NCBI GenBank assembly: GCA_964016885.1
Contig: OZ024743.1
Coordinates: 212,040,001 to 212,104,000 of the forward strand
DNA: 64,000 nucleotides
Direction: 5' to 3'
Source: Eledone cirrhosa
Lineage: Eukaryota
Below, in pieces: positions 23,201-37,870 of the stretch. Under the pieces are notes generated by a model. That model saw nothing but the letters and a program-made list of their open reading frames with translations. It did no database searches and had not been told where the DNA came from. Position numbers and translations under genes: made by a program. The first letter of the stretch is position 1, and every line of letters begins with the position of its first letter.

Positions 23201-26200
23201 AGTAATTACAGATCGATCCGACCACGGGCGGCCGGCCCGCGATTGAAAAGGTAATTCCGCCGGCAAATCGTCATTTTTGTGATCCGTTTTCTTCGAAGCA
23301 CACCATTCGCCGCCGGACTTCAGCTGCCTCATTTAGCATGGGCAGTTTTTTTTGAAAATCACACCACACACAACCAATGTGTGTCTGCACATGTACCAGT
23401 AATTACAGATCGATCCGACCACGGGCGGCCGGCCCGCGATTGAAAAGGTAACTCCGCCGGCAAATCGTCATTTTTGTGATTCGTTTTCTTCGAAGCACAC
23501 CATTCGCCGCCGGACTTCAGCTGCCTCATTTAGCATGGGCAGTTTTTTTGGAAAATCACACCACACACAACCAATGTGTGTCTGCACATGTACCAGTAAT
23601 TACAGATCGATCCCACCACGAGTTCAATGTAAACAAACTTACGCTCAACGACTTTGTTGACGTTTAACATGGTTTGGTTCCACAGCCACAACTATTGATT
23701 TTACGGAGATATCTTGCTGAAATTCACGCCACACATAGCCAATGAGTGTCTGCACATGTACCAGTAATTACAGATCGATCCGACCAGGGGCGGCCGGCCC
23801 GCGATTGAAAAGGTAACTCCGCCGGCAAATCGTCATTTTTGTGATTCGTTTTCTTCGAAGCACACCATTCGCCGGCGGACTTTGTTGACGTTTAACACGG
23901 TTTGGTTCCACAGCCACAACTATTGATTTTAAGGAGATATCTTGCTGAAATTCACGCCACACATAGCCAATGAGTGTCTGCACATGTACCAGTAATTACA
24001 GATCGATCCGACCAGGGGCGGCCGGCCCGCGATTGAAAAGGTAACTCCGCCGGCAAATCGTCATTTTTGGATTCGTTTTCTTCGAAGCACACCATTCGCC
24101 GGCGGACTTTGTTGACGTTTAACACGGTTTGGTTCCACAGCCACAACTATTGATTTTAAGGAGATATCTTGCTGAAATTCACGCCACACATAGCCAATGA
24201 GTGTCTGCACATGTACCAGTAATTACAGATCGATCCGACCAGGGGCGGCCGGCCCGCGATTGAAAAGGTAACTCCGCCGGCAAATCGTCATTTTTGTGAT
24301 TCGTTTTCTTCGAAGCACACCATTCGCCGCCGGACTTCAGCTGCCTCATTTAGCATGGGCAGTTTTTTTGGAAAATCACACCACACACAACCAATGTGTG
24401 TCTGCACATGTACCAGTAATTACAGATCGATCCCACCACGGGCGGCCGGCCCACAATCGAAAAGGTTACTCCGCCTGCAAATCGTCATTTTCGGATTCGT
24501 TTTCTTCGAAGCACACCATTCGCCGGCGGACTTCAGCTGCCTCATTTAGCATGGGCAGTTTTTCTTGAAGATCACACCACACACAGCCAATGAGTGTCTG
24601 CACATGTACCAGTAATTAGAGATCGATCCGACCACGGGCGGCCGGCCCACGATCGAGAAAAAGGTAACTCCGCCGGCAAATCGTCATTTTTGTGATCCGT
24701 TTTCTTCGAAGCACACCATTCGCCGCCGGACTTCAGCTGCCTCATTTAGCATGGGCAGTTTTTTTTGAAAATCACACCACACACAACCAATGTGTGTCTG
24801 CACATGTACCAGTAATTACAGATCGATCCCACCACGGGCGGCCGGCCCACAATCGAAAAGGTTACTCCGCCTGCAAATCGTCATTTTCGGATTCGTTTTC
24901 TTCGAAGCACACCATTCGCCGCCGGACTTCAGCTGCCTCATTTAGCATGGGCAGTTTTTTTTTAAAATCACACCACACACAACCAATGTGTGTCTGCACA
25001 TGTACCAGTAATTACAGATCGATCCCACCACGAGTTCAATGTAAACAAACTTACGCTCAACGACTTTGTTGACGTTTAACACGGTTTGGTTCCACAGCCA
25101 CAACTATTGATTTTACGGAGATATCTTGCTGAAATTCACGCCACACATAGCCAATGTGAGTCTGCACATGTAGCAGTAATTACAGATCGATCCGACCAGG
25201 GGCGGCCGGCCCGCGATTGAAAAGGTAACTCCGCCGGCAAATCGTCATTTTTGGATTCGCTTTCTTCGAAGCACACCATTCGCCGGCGGACTTTGTTGAC
25301 GTTTAACACGGTTTGGTTCCACAGCCACAACTATTGATTTTAAGGAGATATCTTGCTGAAATTCACGCCACACATAGCCAATGAGTGTCTGCACATGTAC
25401 CAGTAATTACAGATCGATCCGACCAGGGGCGGCCGGCCCGCGATTGAAAAGGTAACTCCGCCGGCAAATCGTCATTTTTGTGATTCGTTTTCTTCGAAGC
25501 ACACCATTCGCCGGCGGACTTTGTTGACGTTTAACACGGTTTGGTTCCACAGCCACAACTATTGATTTTAAGGAGATATCTTGCTGAAATTCACGCCACA
25601 CATAGCCAATGAGTGTCTGCACATGTACCAGTAATTACAGATCGATCCGACCACGGACGGCCGGCCCGCGATTGAAGAGGTAACTCCGCCGGCAAATCGT
25701 CATTTTTGGATTCGTTTTCTTCGAAGCACACCATTCGCCGGCGGACTTTGTTGACGTTTAACACGGTTTGGTTCCACAGCCACAACTATTGATTTTACGG
25801 AGATATCTTGCTGAAATTCACGCCACACATAGCCAATGAGTGTCTGCACATGTACCAGTAAGTACAGATGGATCCCACCACGGGCGGCCGGCCCACAATC
25901 GAAAAGGTTACTCCGCCTGCAAATCGTCATTTTCGGATTCGTTTTCTTCGAAGCACACCATTCGCCGGCGGACTTCAGCTGCCTCATTTAGCATGGGCAG
26001 TTTTTCTTGAAGATCACACCACACACAGCCAATGAGTGTCTGCACATGTACCAGTAATTACAGATGGATCCCACCACGGGCGGCCGGCCCACAATCGAAA
26101 AGGTTACTCCGCCTGCAAATCGTCATTTTCGGATTCGTTTTCTTCGAAGCACACCATTCGCCGGCGGACTTCAGCTGCCTCATTTAGCATGGGCAGTTTT

Positions 26201-26831
26201 TCTTGAAGATCACACCACACACAGCCAATGAGTGTCTGCACATGTACCAGTAATTAGAGATCGATCCGACCACGGGCGGCCGGCCCACGATCGAGAAAAA
26301 GGTAACTCCGCCGGCAAATCGTCATTTTTGTGATCCGTTTTCTTCGAAGCACACCATTCGCCGCCGGACTTCAGCTGCCTCATTTAGCATGGGCAGTTTT
26401 TTTTGAAAATCACACCACACACAACCAATGTGTGTCTGCGCATGTACCAGTAATTACAGATCGATCCGACCACAGCAGCCGGCCCGCGATTGAAAAGGTA
26501 ACTCCGCCGGCAAATCGTCATTTTTGTGATTCGTTTTCTTCGAAGCACACCATTCGCCGCCGGACTTCAGCTGCCTCATTTAGCATGGGCAGTTTTTTTT
26601 GAAAATCACACCACACACAACCAATGTGTGTCTGCACATGTACCAGTAATTACAGATCGATCCCACCACGGGCGGCCGGCCCGCGATTGAAAAGGTAACT
26701 CCGCCGGCAAATCGTTTTTTTTGGATTCGTTTTCTTGGAAGCACACCATTCGCCGGCGGACTTTGTTGACGTTTAACACGGTTTGGTTCCACAGCCACAA
26801 CTATTGATTTTAAGGAGATATCTTGCTGAAA

Positions 26832-28203
26832 TTCACGCCACACATAGCCAATGAGTGTCTGCACATGTACCAGTAATTACAGATCGATCCCACCACGGGC
26901 GGCCGGCCCACAATCGAAAAGGTTACTCCGCCTGCAAATCGTCATTTTCGGATTCGTTTTCTTCGAAGCACACCATTCGCCGGCGGACTTCAGCTGCCTC
27001 ATTTAGCATGAGCAGTTTTTCTTGAAGATCACACCACACACAGCCAATGAGTGTCTGCACATGTACCAGTAATTACAGATGGATCCCACCACGGGCGGCC
27101 GGCCCACAATCGAAAAGGTTACTCCGCCTGCAAATCGTCATTTTCGGATTCGTTTTCTTCGAAGCACACCATTCGCCGGCGGACTTCAGCTGCCTCATTT
27201 AGCATGAGCAGTTTTTCTTGAAGATCACACCACACACAGCCAATGAGTGTCTGCACATGTACCAGTAATTACAGATGGATCCCACCACGGGCGGCCGGCC
27301 CACAATCGAAAAGGTTACTCCGCCTGCAAATCGTCATTTTCGGATTCGTTTTCTACGAAGCACACCATTCGCCGGCGGACTTCAGCTGCCTCATTTAGCA
27401 TGAGCAGTTTTTCTTGAAGATCACACCACACACAGCCAATGAGTGTCTGCACATGTACCAGTAATTACAGATGGATCCCACCACGGGCGGCCGGCCCACA
27501 ATCGAAAAGGTTACTCCGCCTGCAAATCGTCATTTTCGGATTCGTTTTCTTCGAAGCACACCATTCGCCGGCGGACTTCAGCTGCCTCATTTAGCATGAG
27601 CAGTTTTTCTTGAAGATCACACCACACACAGCCAATGAGTGTCTGCACATGTACCAGTAATTACAGATGGATCCCACCACGGGCGGCCGGCCCACAATCG
27701 AAAAGGTTACTCCGCCTGCAAATCGTCATTTTCGGATTCGTTTTCTTCGAAGCACACCATTCGCCGGCGGACTTCAGCTGCCTCATTTAGCATGAGCAGT
27801 TTTTCTTGAAGATCACACCACACACAGCCAATGAGTGTCTGCACATGTACCAGTAATTACAGATGGATCCCACCACGGGCGGCCGGCCCACAATCGAAAA
27901 GGTTACTCCGCCTGCAAATCGTCATTTTCGGATTCGTTTTCTTCGAAGCACACCATTCGCCGGCGGACTTCAGCTGCCTCATTTAGCATGAGCAGTTTTT
28001 CTTGAAGATCACACCACACACAGCCAATGAGTGTCTGCACATGTACCAGTAATTACAGATGGATCCCACCACGGGCGGCCGGCCCACAATCGAAAAGGTT
28101 ACTCCGCCTGCAAATCGTCATTTTCGGATTCGTTTTCTTCGAAGCACACCATTCGCCGGCGGACTTCAGCTGCCTCATTTAGCATGGGCAGTTTTTCTTG
28201 AAG
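26832..28203. repeat. Longest homogeneous run: 7 consecutive type-A monomers
   Basis: 7 x 196 = 1372 bp of nearly identical copies, mostly carrying the CATGAGCAG variant. Confidence 0.9.
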
Positions 28204-31200
28204 ATCACACCACACACAGCCAATGAGTGTCTGCACATGTACCAGTAATTAGAGATCGATCCGACCACGGGCGGCCGGCCCACGATCGAGAAAAAGGTAA
28301 CTCCGCCGGCAAATCGTCATTTTTGTGATCCGTTTTCTTCGAAGCACACCATTCGCCGCCGGACTTCAGCTGCCTCATTTAGCATGGGCAGTTTTTCTTG
28401 AAGATCACACCACACACAGCCAATGAGTGTCTGCACATGTACCAGTAATTACAGATGGATCCCTCCACGGGCGGCCGGCCCACAATCGAAAAGGTTACTC
28501 CGCCTGCAAATCGTCATTTTCGGATTCGTTTTCTTCGAAGCACACCATTCGCCGGCGGACTTCAGCTGCCTCATTTAGCATGAGCAGTTTTTCTTGAAGA
28601 TCACACCACACACAGCCAATGAGTGTCTGCACATGTACCAGTAATTACAGATGGATCCCACCACGGGCGGCCGGCCCACAATCGAAAAGGTTACTCCGCC
28701 TGCAAATCGTCATTTTCGGATTCGTTTTCTTCGAAGCACACCATTCGCCGGCGGACTTCAGCTGCCTCATTTAGCATGGGCAGTTTTTCTTGAAGATCAC
28801 ACCACACACAGCCAATGAGTGTCTGCACATGTACCAGTAATTACAGATGGATCCCACCACGGGCGGCCGGCCCACAATCGAAAAGGTTACTCCGCCTGCA
28901 AATCGTCATTTTCGGATTCGTTTTCTTCGAAGCACACCATTCGCCGGCGGACTTCAGCTGCCTCATTTAGCATGGGCAGTTTTTCTTGAAGATCACACCA
29001 CACACAACCAATGTGTGTCTGCACATGTACCAGTAATTACAGATCGATCCGACCACGGGCGGCCGGCCCGCGATTGAAAAGGTAACTCCGCCGGCAAATC
29101 GTCATTTTTGTGATTCGTTTTCTTCGAAGCACACCATTCGCCGCCGGACTTCAGCTGCCTCATTTAGCATGGGCAGTTTTTTTTGAAAATCACACCACAC
29201 ACAACCAATGTGTGTCTGCACATGTACCAGTAATTACAGATCGATCCCACCACGGGCGGCCGGCCCACAATCGAAAAGGTTACTCCGCCTGCAAATCGTC
29301 ATTTTCGGATTCGTTTTCTTCGAAGCACACCATTCGCCGGCGGACTTCAGCTGCCTCATTTAGCATGGGCAGTTTTTCTTGAAGATCACACCACACACAG
29401 CCAATGAGTGTCTGCACATGTACCAGTAATTAGAGATCGATCCGACCACGGGCGGCCGACCCACGATCGAGAAAAAGGTAACTCCGCCGGCAAATCGTCA
29501 TTTTTGTGATCCGTTTTCTTCGAAGCACACCATTCGCCGCCGGACTTCAGCTGCCTCATTTAGCATGGGCAGTTTTTTTTGAAAATCACACCACACACAA
29601 CCAATGTGTGTCTGCACATGTACCAGTAATTACAGATCGATCCGACCACGGGCGGCCGGCCCGCGATTGAAAAGGTAACTCCGCCGGCAAATCGTCATTT
29701 TTGTGATTCGTTTTCTTCGAAGCACACCATTCGCCGCCGGACTTCAGCTGCCTCATTTAACATGGGCAGTTTTTTTTTTAAATCACACCACACACAACCA
29801 ATGTGTTTCTGCACATGTACCAGTAATTACAGATCGATCCCACCACGAGTTCAATGTAAACTAACTTACGCTCAACGACTTTGTTGACGTTTAACACGGT
29901 TTGGTTCCACAGCCACAACTATTGATTTTAAGGAGATATCTTGCTGAAATTCACGCCACACATAGCCAATGAGTGTCTGCACATGTACCAGTAATTACAG
30001 ATCGATCCGACCAGGGGCGGCCGGCCCGCGATTGAAAAGGTAACTCCGCCGGCAAATCGTCATTTTGGGATTCGTTTTCTTGGAAGCACACCATTCGCCG
30101 GCGGACTTTGTTGACGTTTAACACGGTTTGGTTCCACAGCCACAACTATTGATTTTAAGGAGATATCTTGCTGAAATTCACGCCACACATAGCCAATGAG
30201 TGTCTGCACATGTACCAGTAATTACAGATCGATCCCACCACGGGCGGCCGGCCCACAATCGAAAAGGTTACTCCGCCTGCAAATCGTCATTTTCGGATTC
30301 GTTTTCTTCGAAGCACACCATTCGCCGGCGGACTTCAGCTGCCTCATTTAGCATGAGCAGTTTTTCTTGAAGATCACACCACACACAGCCAATGAGTGTC
30401 TGCACATGTACCAGTAATTACAGATGGATCCCACCACGGGCGGCCGGCCCACAATCGAAAAGGTTACTCCGCCTGCAAATCGTCATTTTCGGATTCGTTT
30501 TCTTCGAAGCACACCATTCGCCGGCGGACTTCAGCTGCCTCATTTAGCATGAGCAGTTTTTCTTGAAGATCACACCACACACAGCCAATGAGTGTCTGCA
30601 CATGTACCAGTAATTACAGATGGATCCCACCACGGGCGGCCGGCCCACAATCGAAAAGGTTACTCCGCCTGCAAATCGTCATTTTCGGATTCGTTTTCTT
30701 CGAAGCACACCATTCGCCGGCGGACTTCAGCTGCCTCATTTAGCATGAGCAGTTTTTCTTGAAGATCACACCACACACAGCCAATGAGTGTCTGCACATG
30801 TACCAGTAATTACAGATGGATCCCACCACGGGCGGCCGGCCCACAATCGAAAAGGTTACTCCGCCTGCAAATCGTCATTTTCGGATTCGTTTTCTTCGAA
30901 GCACACCATTCGCCGGCGGACTTCAGCTGCCTCATTTAGCATGAGCAGTTTTTCTTGAAGATCACACCACACACAGCCAATGAGTGTCTGCACATGTACC
31001 AGTAATTACAGATGGATCCCACCACGGGCGGCCGGCCCACAATCGAAAAGGTTACTCCGCCTGCAAATCGTCATTTTCGGATTCGTTTTCTTCGAAGCAC
31101 ACCATTCGCCGGCGGACTTCAGCTGCCTCATTTAGCATGGGCAGTTTTTCTGGAAGATCACACCACACACAGCCAATGAGTGTCTGCACATGTACCAGTA

Positions 31201-31949
31201 ATTAGAGATCGATCCGACCACGGGCGGCCGGCCCACGATCGAGAAAAAGGTAACTCCGCCGGCAAATCGTCATTTTTGTGATCCGTTTTCTTCGAAGCAC
31301 ACCATTCGCCGCCGGACTTCAGCTGCCTCATTTAGCATGGGCAGTTTTTCTTGAAGATCACACCACACACAGCCAATGAGTGTCTGCACATGTACCAGTA
31401 ATTACAGATGGATCCCTCCACGGGCGGCCGGCCCACAATCGAAAAGGTTACTCCGCCTGCAAATCGTCATTTTCGGATTCGTTTTCTTCGAAGCACACCA
31501 TTCGCCGGCGGACTTCAGCTGCCTCATTTAGCATGAGCAGTTTTTCTTGAAGATCACACCACACACAGCCAATGAGTGTCTGCACATGTACCAGTAATTA
31601 CAGATGGATCCCACCACGGGCGGCCGGCCCACAATCGAAAAGGTTACTCCGCCTGCAAATCGTCATTTTCGGATTCGTTTTCTTCGAAGCACACCATTCG
31701 CCGGCGGACTTCAGCTGCCTCATTTAGCATGGGCAGTTTTTCTTGAAGATCACACCACACACAGCCAATGAGTGTCTGCACATGTACCAGTAATTACAGA
31801 TGGATCCCACCACGGGCGGCCGGCCCACAATCGAAAAGGTTACTCCGCCTGCAAATCGTCATTTTCGGATTCGTTTTCTTCGAAGCACACCATTCGCCGG
31901 CGGACTTCAGCTGCCTCATTTAGCATGGGCAGTTTTTCTTGAAGATCAC

Positions 31950-34900
31950 ACCACACACAGCCAATGAGTGTCTGCACATGTACCAGTAATTAGAGATCGA
32001 TCCGACCACGGGCGGCCGGCCCACGATCGAGAAAAAGGTAACTCCGCCGGCAAATCGTCATTTTTGTGATCCGTTTTCTTCGAAGCACACCATTCGCCGC
32101 CGGACTTCAGCTGCCTCATTTAGCATGGGCAGTTTTTTTTGAAAATCACACCACACACAACCAATGTGTGTCTGCACATGTACCAGTAATTACAGATCGA
32201 TCCGACCACGGGCGGCCGGCCCGCGATTGAAAAGGTAACTCCGCCGGCAAATCGTCATTTTTGTGATTCGTTTTCTTCGAAGCACACCATTCGCCGCCGG
32301 ACTTCAGCTGCCTCATTTAGCATGGGCAGTTTTTTTTGAAAATCACACCACACACAACCAATGTGTGTCTGCACATGTACCAGTAATTACAGATCGATCC
32401 CACCACGAGTTCAATGTAAACAAACTTACGCTCAACGACTTTGTTGACGTTTAACACGGTTTGGTTCCACAGCCACAACTATTGATTTTACGGAGATATC
32501 TTGCTGAAATTCACGCCACACATAGCCAATGAGTGTCTGCACATGTATCAGTAATTACAGATCGATCCGACCACGGACGGCCGGCCCGCGATTGAAAAGG
32601 TAACTCCGCCGGCAAATCGTCATTTTTGGATTCGTTTTCTTCGAAGCACACCATTCGCCGGCGGACTTTGTTGACGTTTAACACGGTTTGGTTCCACAGC
32701 CACAACTATTGATTTTAAGGAGATATCTTGCTGAAATTCACGCCACACATAGCCAATGAGTGTCTGCACATGTACCAGTAATTACAGATGGATCCCACCA
32801 CGGGCGGCCGGCCCACAATCGAAAAGGTTACTCCGCCTGCAAATCGTCATTTTCGGATTCGTTTTCTTCGAAGCACACCATTCGCCGGCGGACTTCAGCT
32901 GCCTCATTTAGCATGAGCAGTTTTTCTTGAAGATCACACCTCACACAGCCAATGAGTGTCTGCACATGTACCAGTAATTAGAGATCGATCCGACCACGGG
33001 CGGCCGGCCCACGATCGAGAAAAAGGTAACTCCGCCGGCAAATCGTCATTTTTGTGATCCGTTTTCTTCGAAGCACACCATTCGCCGCCGGACTTCAGCT
33101 GCCTCATTTAGCATGGGCAGTTTTTTTTGAAAATCACACCACACACAACCAATGTGTGTCTGCACATGTACCAGTAATTACAGATCGATCCCACCACGGG
33201 CGGCCGGCCCACAATCGAAAAGGTTACTCCGCCTGCAAATCGTCATTTTCGGATTCGTTTTCTTCGAAGCACACCATTCGCCGGCGGACTTCAGCTGCCT
33301 CATTTAGCATGAGCAGTTTTTCTTGAAGATCATACCACACACAGCCAATGAGTGTCTGCACATGTACCAGTAATTACAGATGGATCCCACCACGGGCGGC
33401 CGGCCCACAATCGAAAAGGTTACTCCGCCTGCAAATCGTCATTTTCGGATTCGTTTTCTTCGAAGCACACCATTCGCCGGCGGACTTCAGCTGCCTCATT
33501 TAGCATGAGCAGTTTTTCTTGAAGATCACACCACACACAGCCAATGAGTGTCTGCACATGTACCAGTAATTACAGATGGATCCCACCACGGGCGGCCGGC
33601 CCACAATCGAAAAGGTTACTCCGCCTGCAAATCGTCATTTTCGGATTCGTTTTCTTCGAAGCACACCATTCGCCGGCGGACTTCAGCTGCCTCATTTAGC
33701 ATGGGCAGTTTTTCTTGAAGATCACACCACACACAGCCAATGAGTGTCTGCACATGTACCAGTAACTACAGATGGATCCCACCACGGGCGGCCGGCCCAC
33801 AATCGAAAAGGTTACTCCGCCTGCAAATCGTCATTTTCGGATTCGTTTTCTTCGTAGCACACCATTCGCCGGCGGACTTCAGCTGCCTCATTTAGCATGG
33901 GCAGTTTTTCTTGAAGATCACACCACACACAGCCAATGAGTGTCTGCACATGTACCAGTAATTAGAGATCGATCCGACCACGGGCGGCCGGCCCACGATC
34001 GAGAAAATGGTAACTCCGCCGGCAAATCGTCATTTTTGTGATCCGTTTTCTTCGAAGCACACCATTCGCCGCCGGACTTCAGCTGCCTCATTTAGCATGG
34101 GCAGTTTTTTTTGAAAATCACACCACACACAACCAATGTGTGTCTGCACATGTACCAGTAATTACAGATCGATCCCACCACGGGCGGCCGGCCCACAATC
34201 GAAAAGGTTACTCCGCCTGCAAATCGTCATTTTCGGATTCGTTTTCTTCGAAGCACACCATTCGCCGGCGGACTTCAGCTGCCTCATTTAGCATGGGCAG
34301 TTTTTCTTGAAGATCACACCACACACAGCCAATGAGTGTCTGCACATGTACCAGTAATTAGAGATCGATCCGACCACGGGCGGCCGGCCCACGATCGAGA
34401 AAAAGGTAACTCCGCCGGCAAATCGTCATTTTTGTGATCCGTTTTCTTCGAAGCACACCATTCGCCGCCGGACTTCAGCTGCCTCATTTAGCATGGGCAG
34501 TCTTTTGTGAAAATCACACCACACACAACCAATGTATGTCTGCACATGTACCAGTAATTACAGATCGATCCGACCACGGGCGGCCGGCCCGCGATTGAAA
34601 AGGTAACTCCGCCGGCAAATCGTCATTTTTGTGATTCGTTTTCTTCGAAGCACACCATTCGCCGCCGGACTTCAGCTGCCTCATTTAGCATGGGCAGTTT
34701 TTTTTGAAAATCACACCACACACAACCAATGTGTGTCTGCACATGTACCAGTAATTACAGATCGATCCCACCACGGGCGGCCGGCCCACAATCGAAAAGG
34801 TTACTCCGCCTGCAAATCGTCATTTTCGGATTCGTTTTCTTCGAAGCACACCTTTCGCCGGCGGACTTCAGCTGCCTCATTTAGCATGGGCAGTTTTTCT

Positions 34901-37870
34901 TGAAGATCACACCACACACAGCCAATGAGTGTCTGCACATGTACCAGTAATTAGAGATCGATCCGACCACGGGCGGCCGGCCCACGATCGAGAAAAAGGT
35001 AACTCCGCCGGCAAATCGTCATTTTTGTGATCCGTTTTCTTCGAAGCACACCATTCGCCGCCGGACTTCAGCTGCCTCATTTAGCATGGGCAGTTTTTTT
35101 TGAAAATCACACCACACACAACCAATGTGTGTCTGCACATGTACCAGTAATTACAGATCGATCCGACCACGGGCGGCCGGCCCGCGATTGAAAAGGTAAC
35201 TCCGCCGGCAAATCGTCATTTTTGTGATTCGTTTTCTTCGAAGCACACCATTCGCCGCCGGACTTCAGCTGCCTCATTTAGCATGGGCAGTTTTTTTTGA
35301 AAATCACACCACACACAACCAATGTGTGTCTGCACATGTACCAGTAATTACAGATCGATCCCACCACGAGTTCAATGTAAACAAACTTACGCTCAACGAC
35401 TTTGTTGACGTTTAACACGGTTTGGTTCCACAGCCACAACTATTGATTTTACGGAGATATCTTGCTGAAATTCACGCCACACATAGCCAATGAGTGTCTG
35501 CACATGTATCAGTAATTACAGATCGATCCGACCACGGACGGCCGGCCCGCGATTGAAAAGGTAACTCCGCCGGCAAATCGTCATTTTTGGATTCGTTTTC
35601 TTCGAAGCACACCATTCGCCGGCGGACTTTGTTGACGTTTAACACGGTTTGGTTCCACAGCCACAACTATTGATTTTAAGGAGATATCTTGCTGAAATTC
35701 ACGCCACACATAGCCAATGAGTGTCTGCACATGTACCAGTAATTACAGATGGATCCCACCACGGGCGGCCGGCCCACAATCGAAAAGGTTACTCCGCCTG
35801 CAAATCGTCATTTTCGGATTCGTTTTCTTCGAAGCACACCATTCGCCGGCGGACTTCAGCTGCCTCATTTAGCATGAGCAGTTTTTCTTGAAGATCACAC
35901 CTCACACAGCCAATGAGTGTCTGCACATGTACCAGTAATTAGAGATCGATCCGACCACGGGCGGCCGGCCCACGATCGAGAAAAAGGTAACTCCGCCGGC
36001 AAATCGTCATTTTTGTGATCCGTTTTCTTCGAAGCACACCATTCGCCGCCGGACTTCAGCTGCCTCATTTAGCATGGGCAGTTTTTTTTGAAAATCACAC
36101 CACACACAACCAATGTGTGTCTGCACATGTACCAGTAATTACAGATCGATCCCACCACGGGCGGCCGGCCCACAATCGAAAAGGTTACTCCGCCTGCAAA
36201 TCGTCATTTTCGGATTCGTTTTCTTCGAAGCACACCATTCGCCGGCGGACTTCAGCTGCCTCATTTAGCATGAGCAGTTTTTCTTGAAGATCACACCACA
36301 CACAGCCAATGAGTGTCTGCACATGTACCAGTAATTACAGATGGATCCCACCACGGGCGGCCGGCCCACAATCGAAAAGGTTACTCCGCCTGCAAATCGT
36401 CATTTTCGGATTCGTTTTCTTCGAAGCACACCATTCGCCGGCGGACTTCAGCTGCCTCATTTAGCATGGGCAGTTTTTCTTGAAGATCACACCACACACA
36501 GCCAATGAGTGTCTGCACATGTACCAGTAACTACAGATGGATCCCACCACGGGCGGCCGGCCCACAATCGAAAAGGTTACTCCGCCTGCAAATCGTCATT
36601 TTCGGATTCGTTTTCTTCGTAGCACACCATTCGCCGGCGGACTTCAGCTGCCTCATTTAGCATGGGCAGTTTTTCTTGAAGATCACACCACACACAGCCA
36701 ATGAGTGTCTGCACATGTACCAGTAATTAGAGATCGATCCGACCACGGGCGGCCGGCCCACGATCGAGAAAATGGTAACTCCGCCGGCAAATCGTCATTT
36801 TTGTGATCCGTTTTCTTCGAAGCACACCATTCGCCGCCGGACTTCAGCTGCCTCATTTAGCATGGGCAGTTTTTTTTGAAAATCACACCACACACAACCA
36901 ATGTGTGTCTGCACATGTACCAGTAATTACAGATCGATCCCACCACGGGCGGCCGGCCCACAATCGAAAAGGTTACTCCGCCTGCAAATCGTCATTTTCG
37001 GATTCGTTTTCTTCGAAGCACACCATTCGCCGGCGGACTTCAGCTGCCTCATTTAGCATGGGCAGTTTTTCTTGAAGATCACACCACACACAGCCAATGA
37101 GTGTCTGCACATGTACCAGTAATTAGAGATCGATCCGACCACGGGCGGCCGGCCCACGATCGAGAAAAAGGTAACTCCGCCGGCAAATCGTCATTTTTGT
37201 GATCCGTTTTCTTCGAAGCACACCATTCGCCGCCGGACTTCAGCTGCCTCATTTAGCATGGGCAGTCTTTTGTGAAAATCACACCACACACAACCAATGT
37301 ATGTCTGCACATGTACCAGTAATTACAGATCGATCCGACCACGGGCGGCCGGCCCGCGATTGAAAAGGTAACTCCGCCGGCAAATCGTCATTTTTGTGAT
37401 TCGTTTTCTTCGAAGCACACCATTCGCCGCCGGACTTCAGCTGCCTCATTTAGCATGGGCAGTTTTTTTTGAAAATCACACCACACACAACCAATGTGTG
37501 TCTGCACATGTACCAGTAATTACAGATCGATCCCACCACGGGCGGCCGGCCCACAATCGAAAAGGTTACTCCGCCTGCAAATCGTCATTTTCGGATTCGT
37601 TTTCTTCGAAGCACACCATTCGCCGGCGGACTTCAGCTGCCTCATTTAGCATGGGCAGTTTTTCTTGAAGATCACACCACACACAGCCAATGAGTGTCTG
37701 CACATGTACCAGTAATTAGAGATCGATCCGACCACGGGCGGCCGGCCCACGATCGAGAAAAAGGTAACTCCGCCGGCAAATCGTCATTTTTGTGATCCGT
37801 TTTCTTCGAAGCACACCATTCGCCGCCGGACTTCAGCTGCCTCATTTAGCATGGGCAGTTTTTTTTGAAA
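31950..37870. repeat. Tandem duplication, 2961 bp; the second copy has lost one A monomer (offset becomes 2765)
   Basis: ORF pairs 32263/35224, 32511/35472 and 33054/36015 differ by 2961. Pairs 34038/36803 and 34631/37396 differ by 2765 = 2961-196. Shared variants include TTCGTAGC and GTCTTTTGTGA. Confidence 0.85.
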
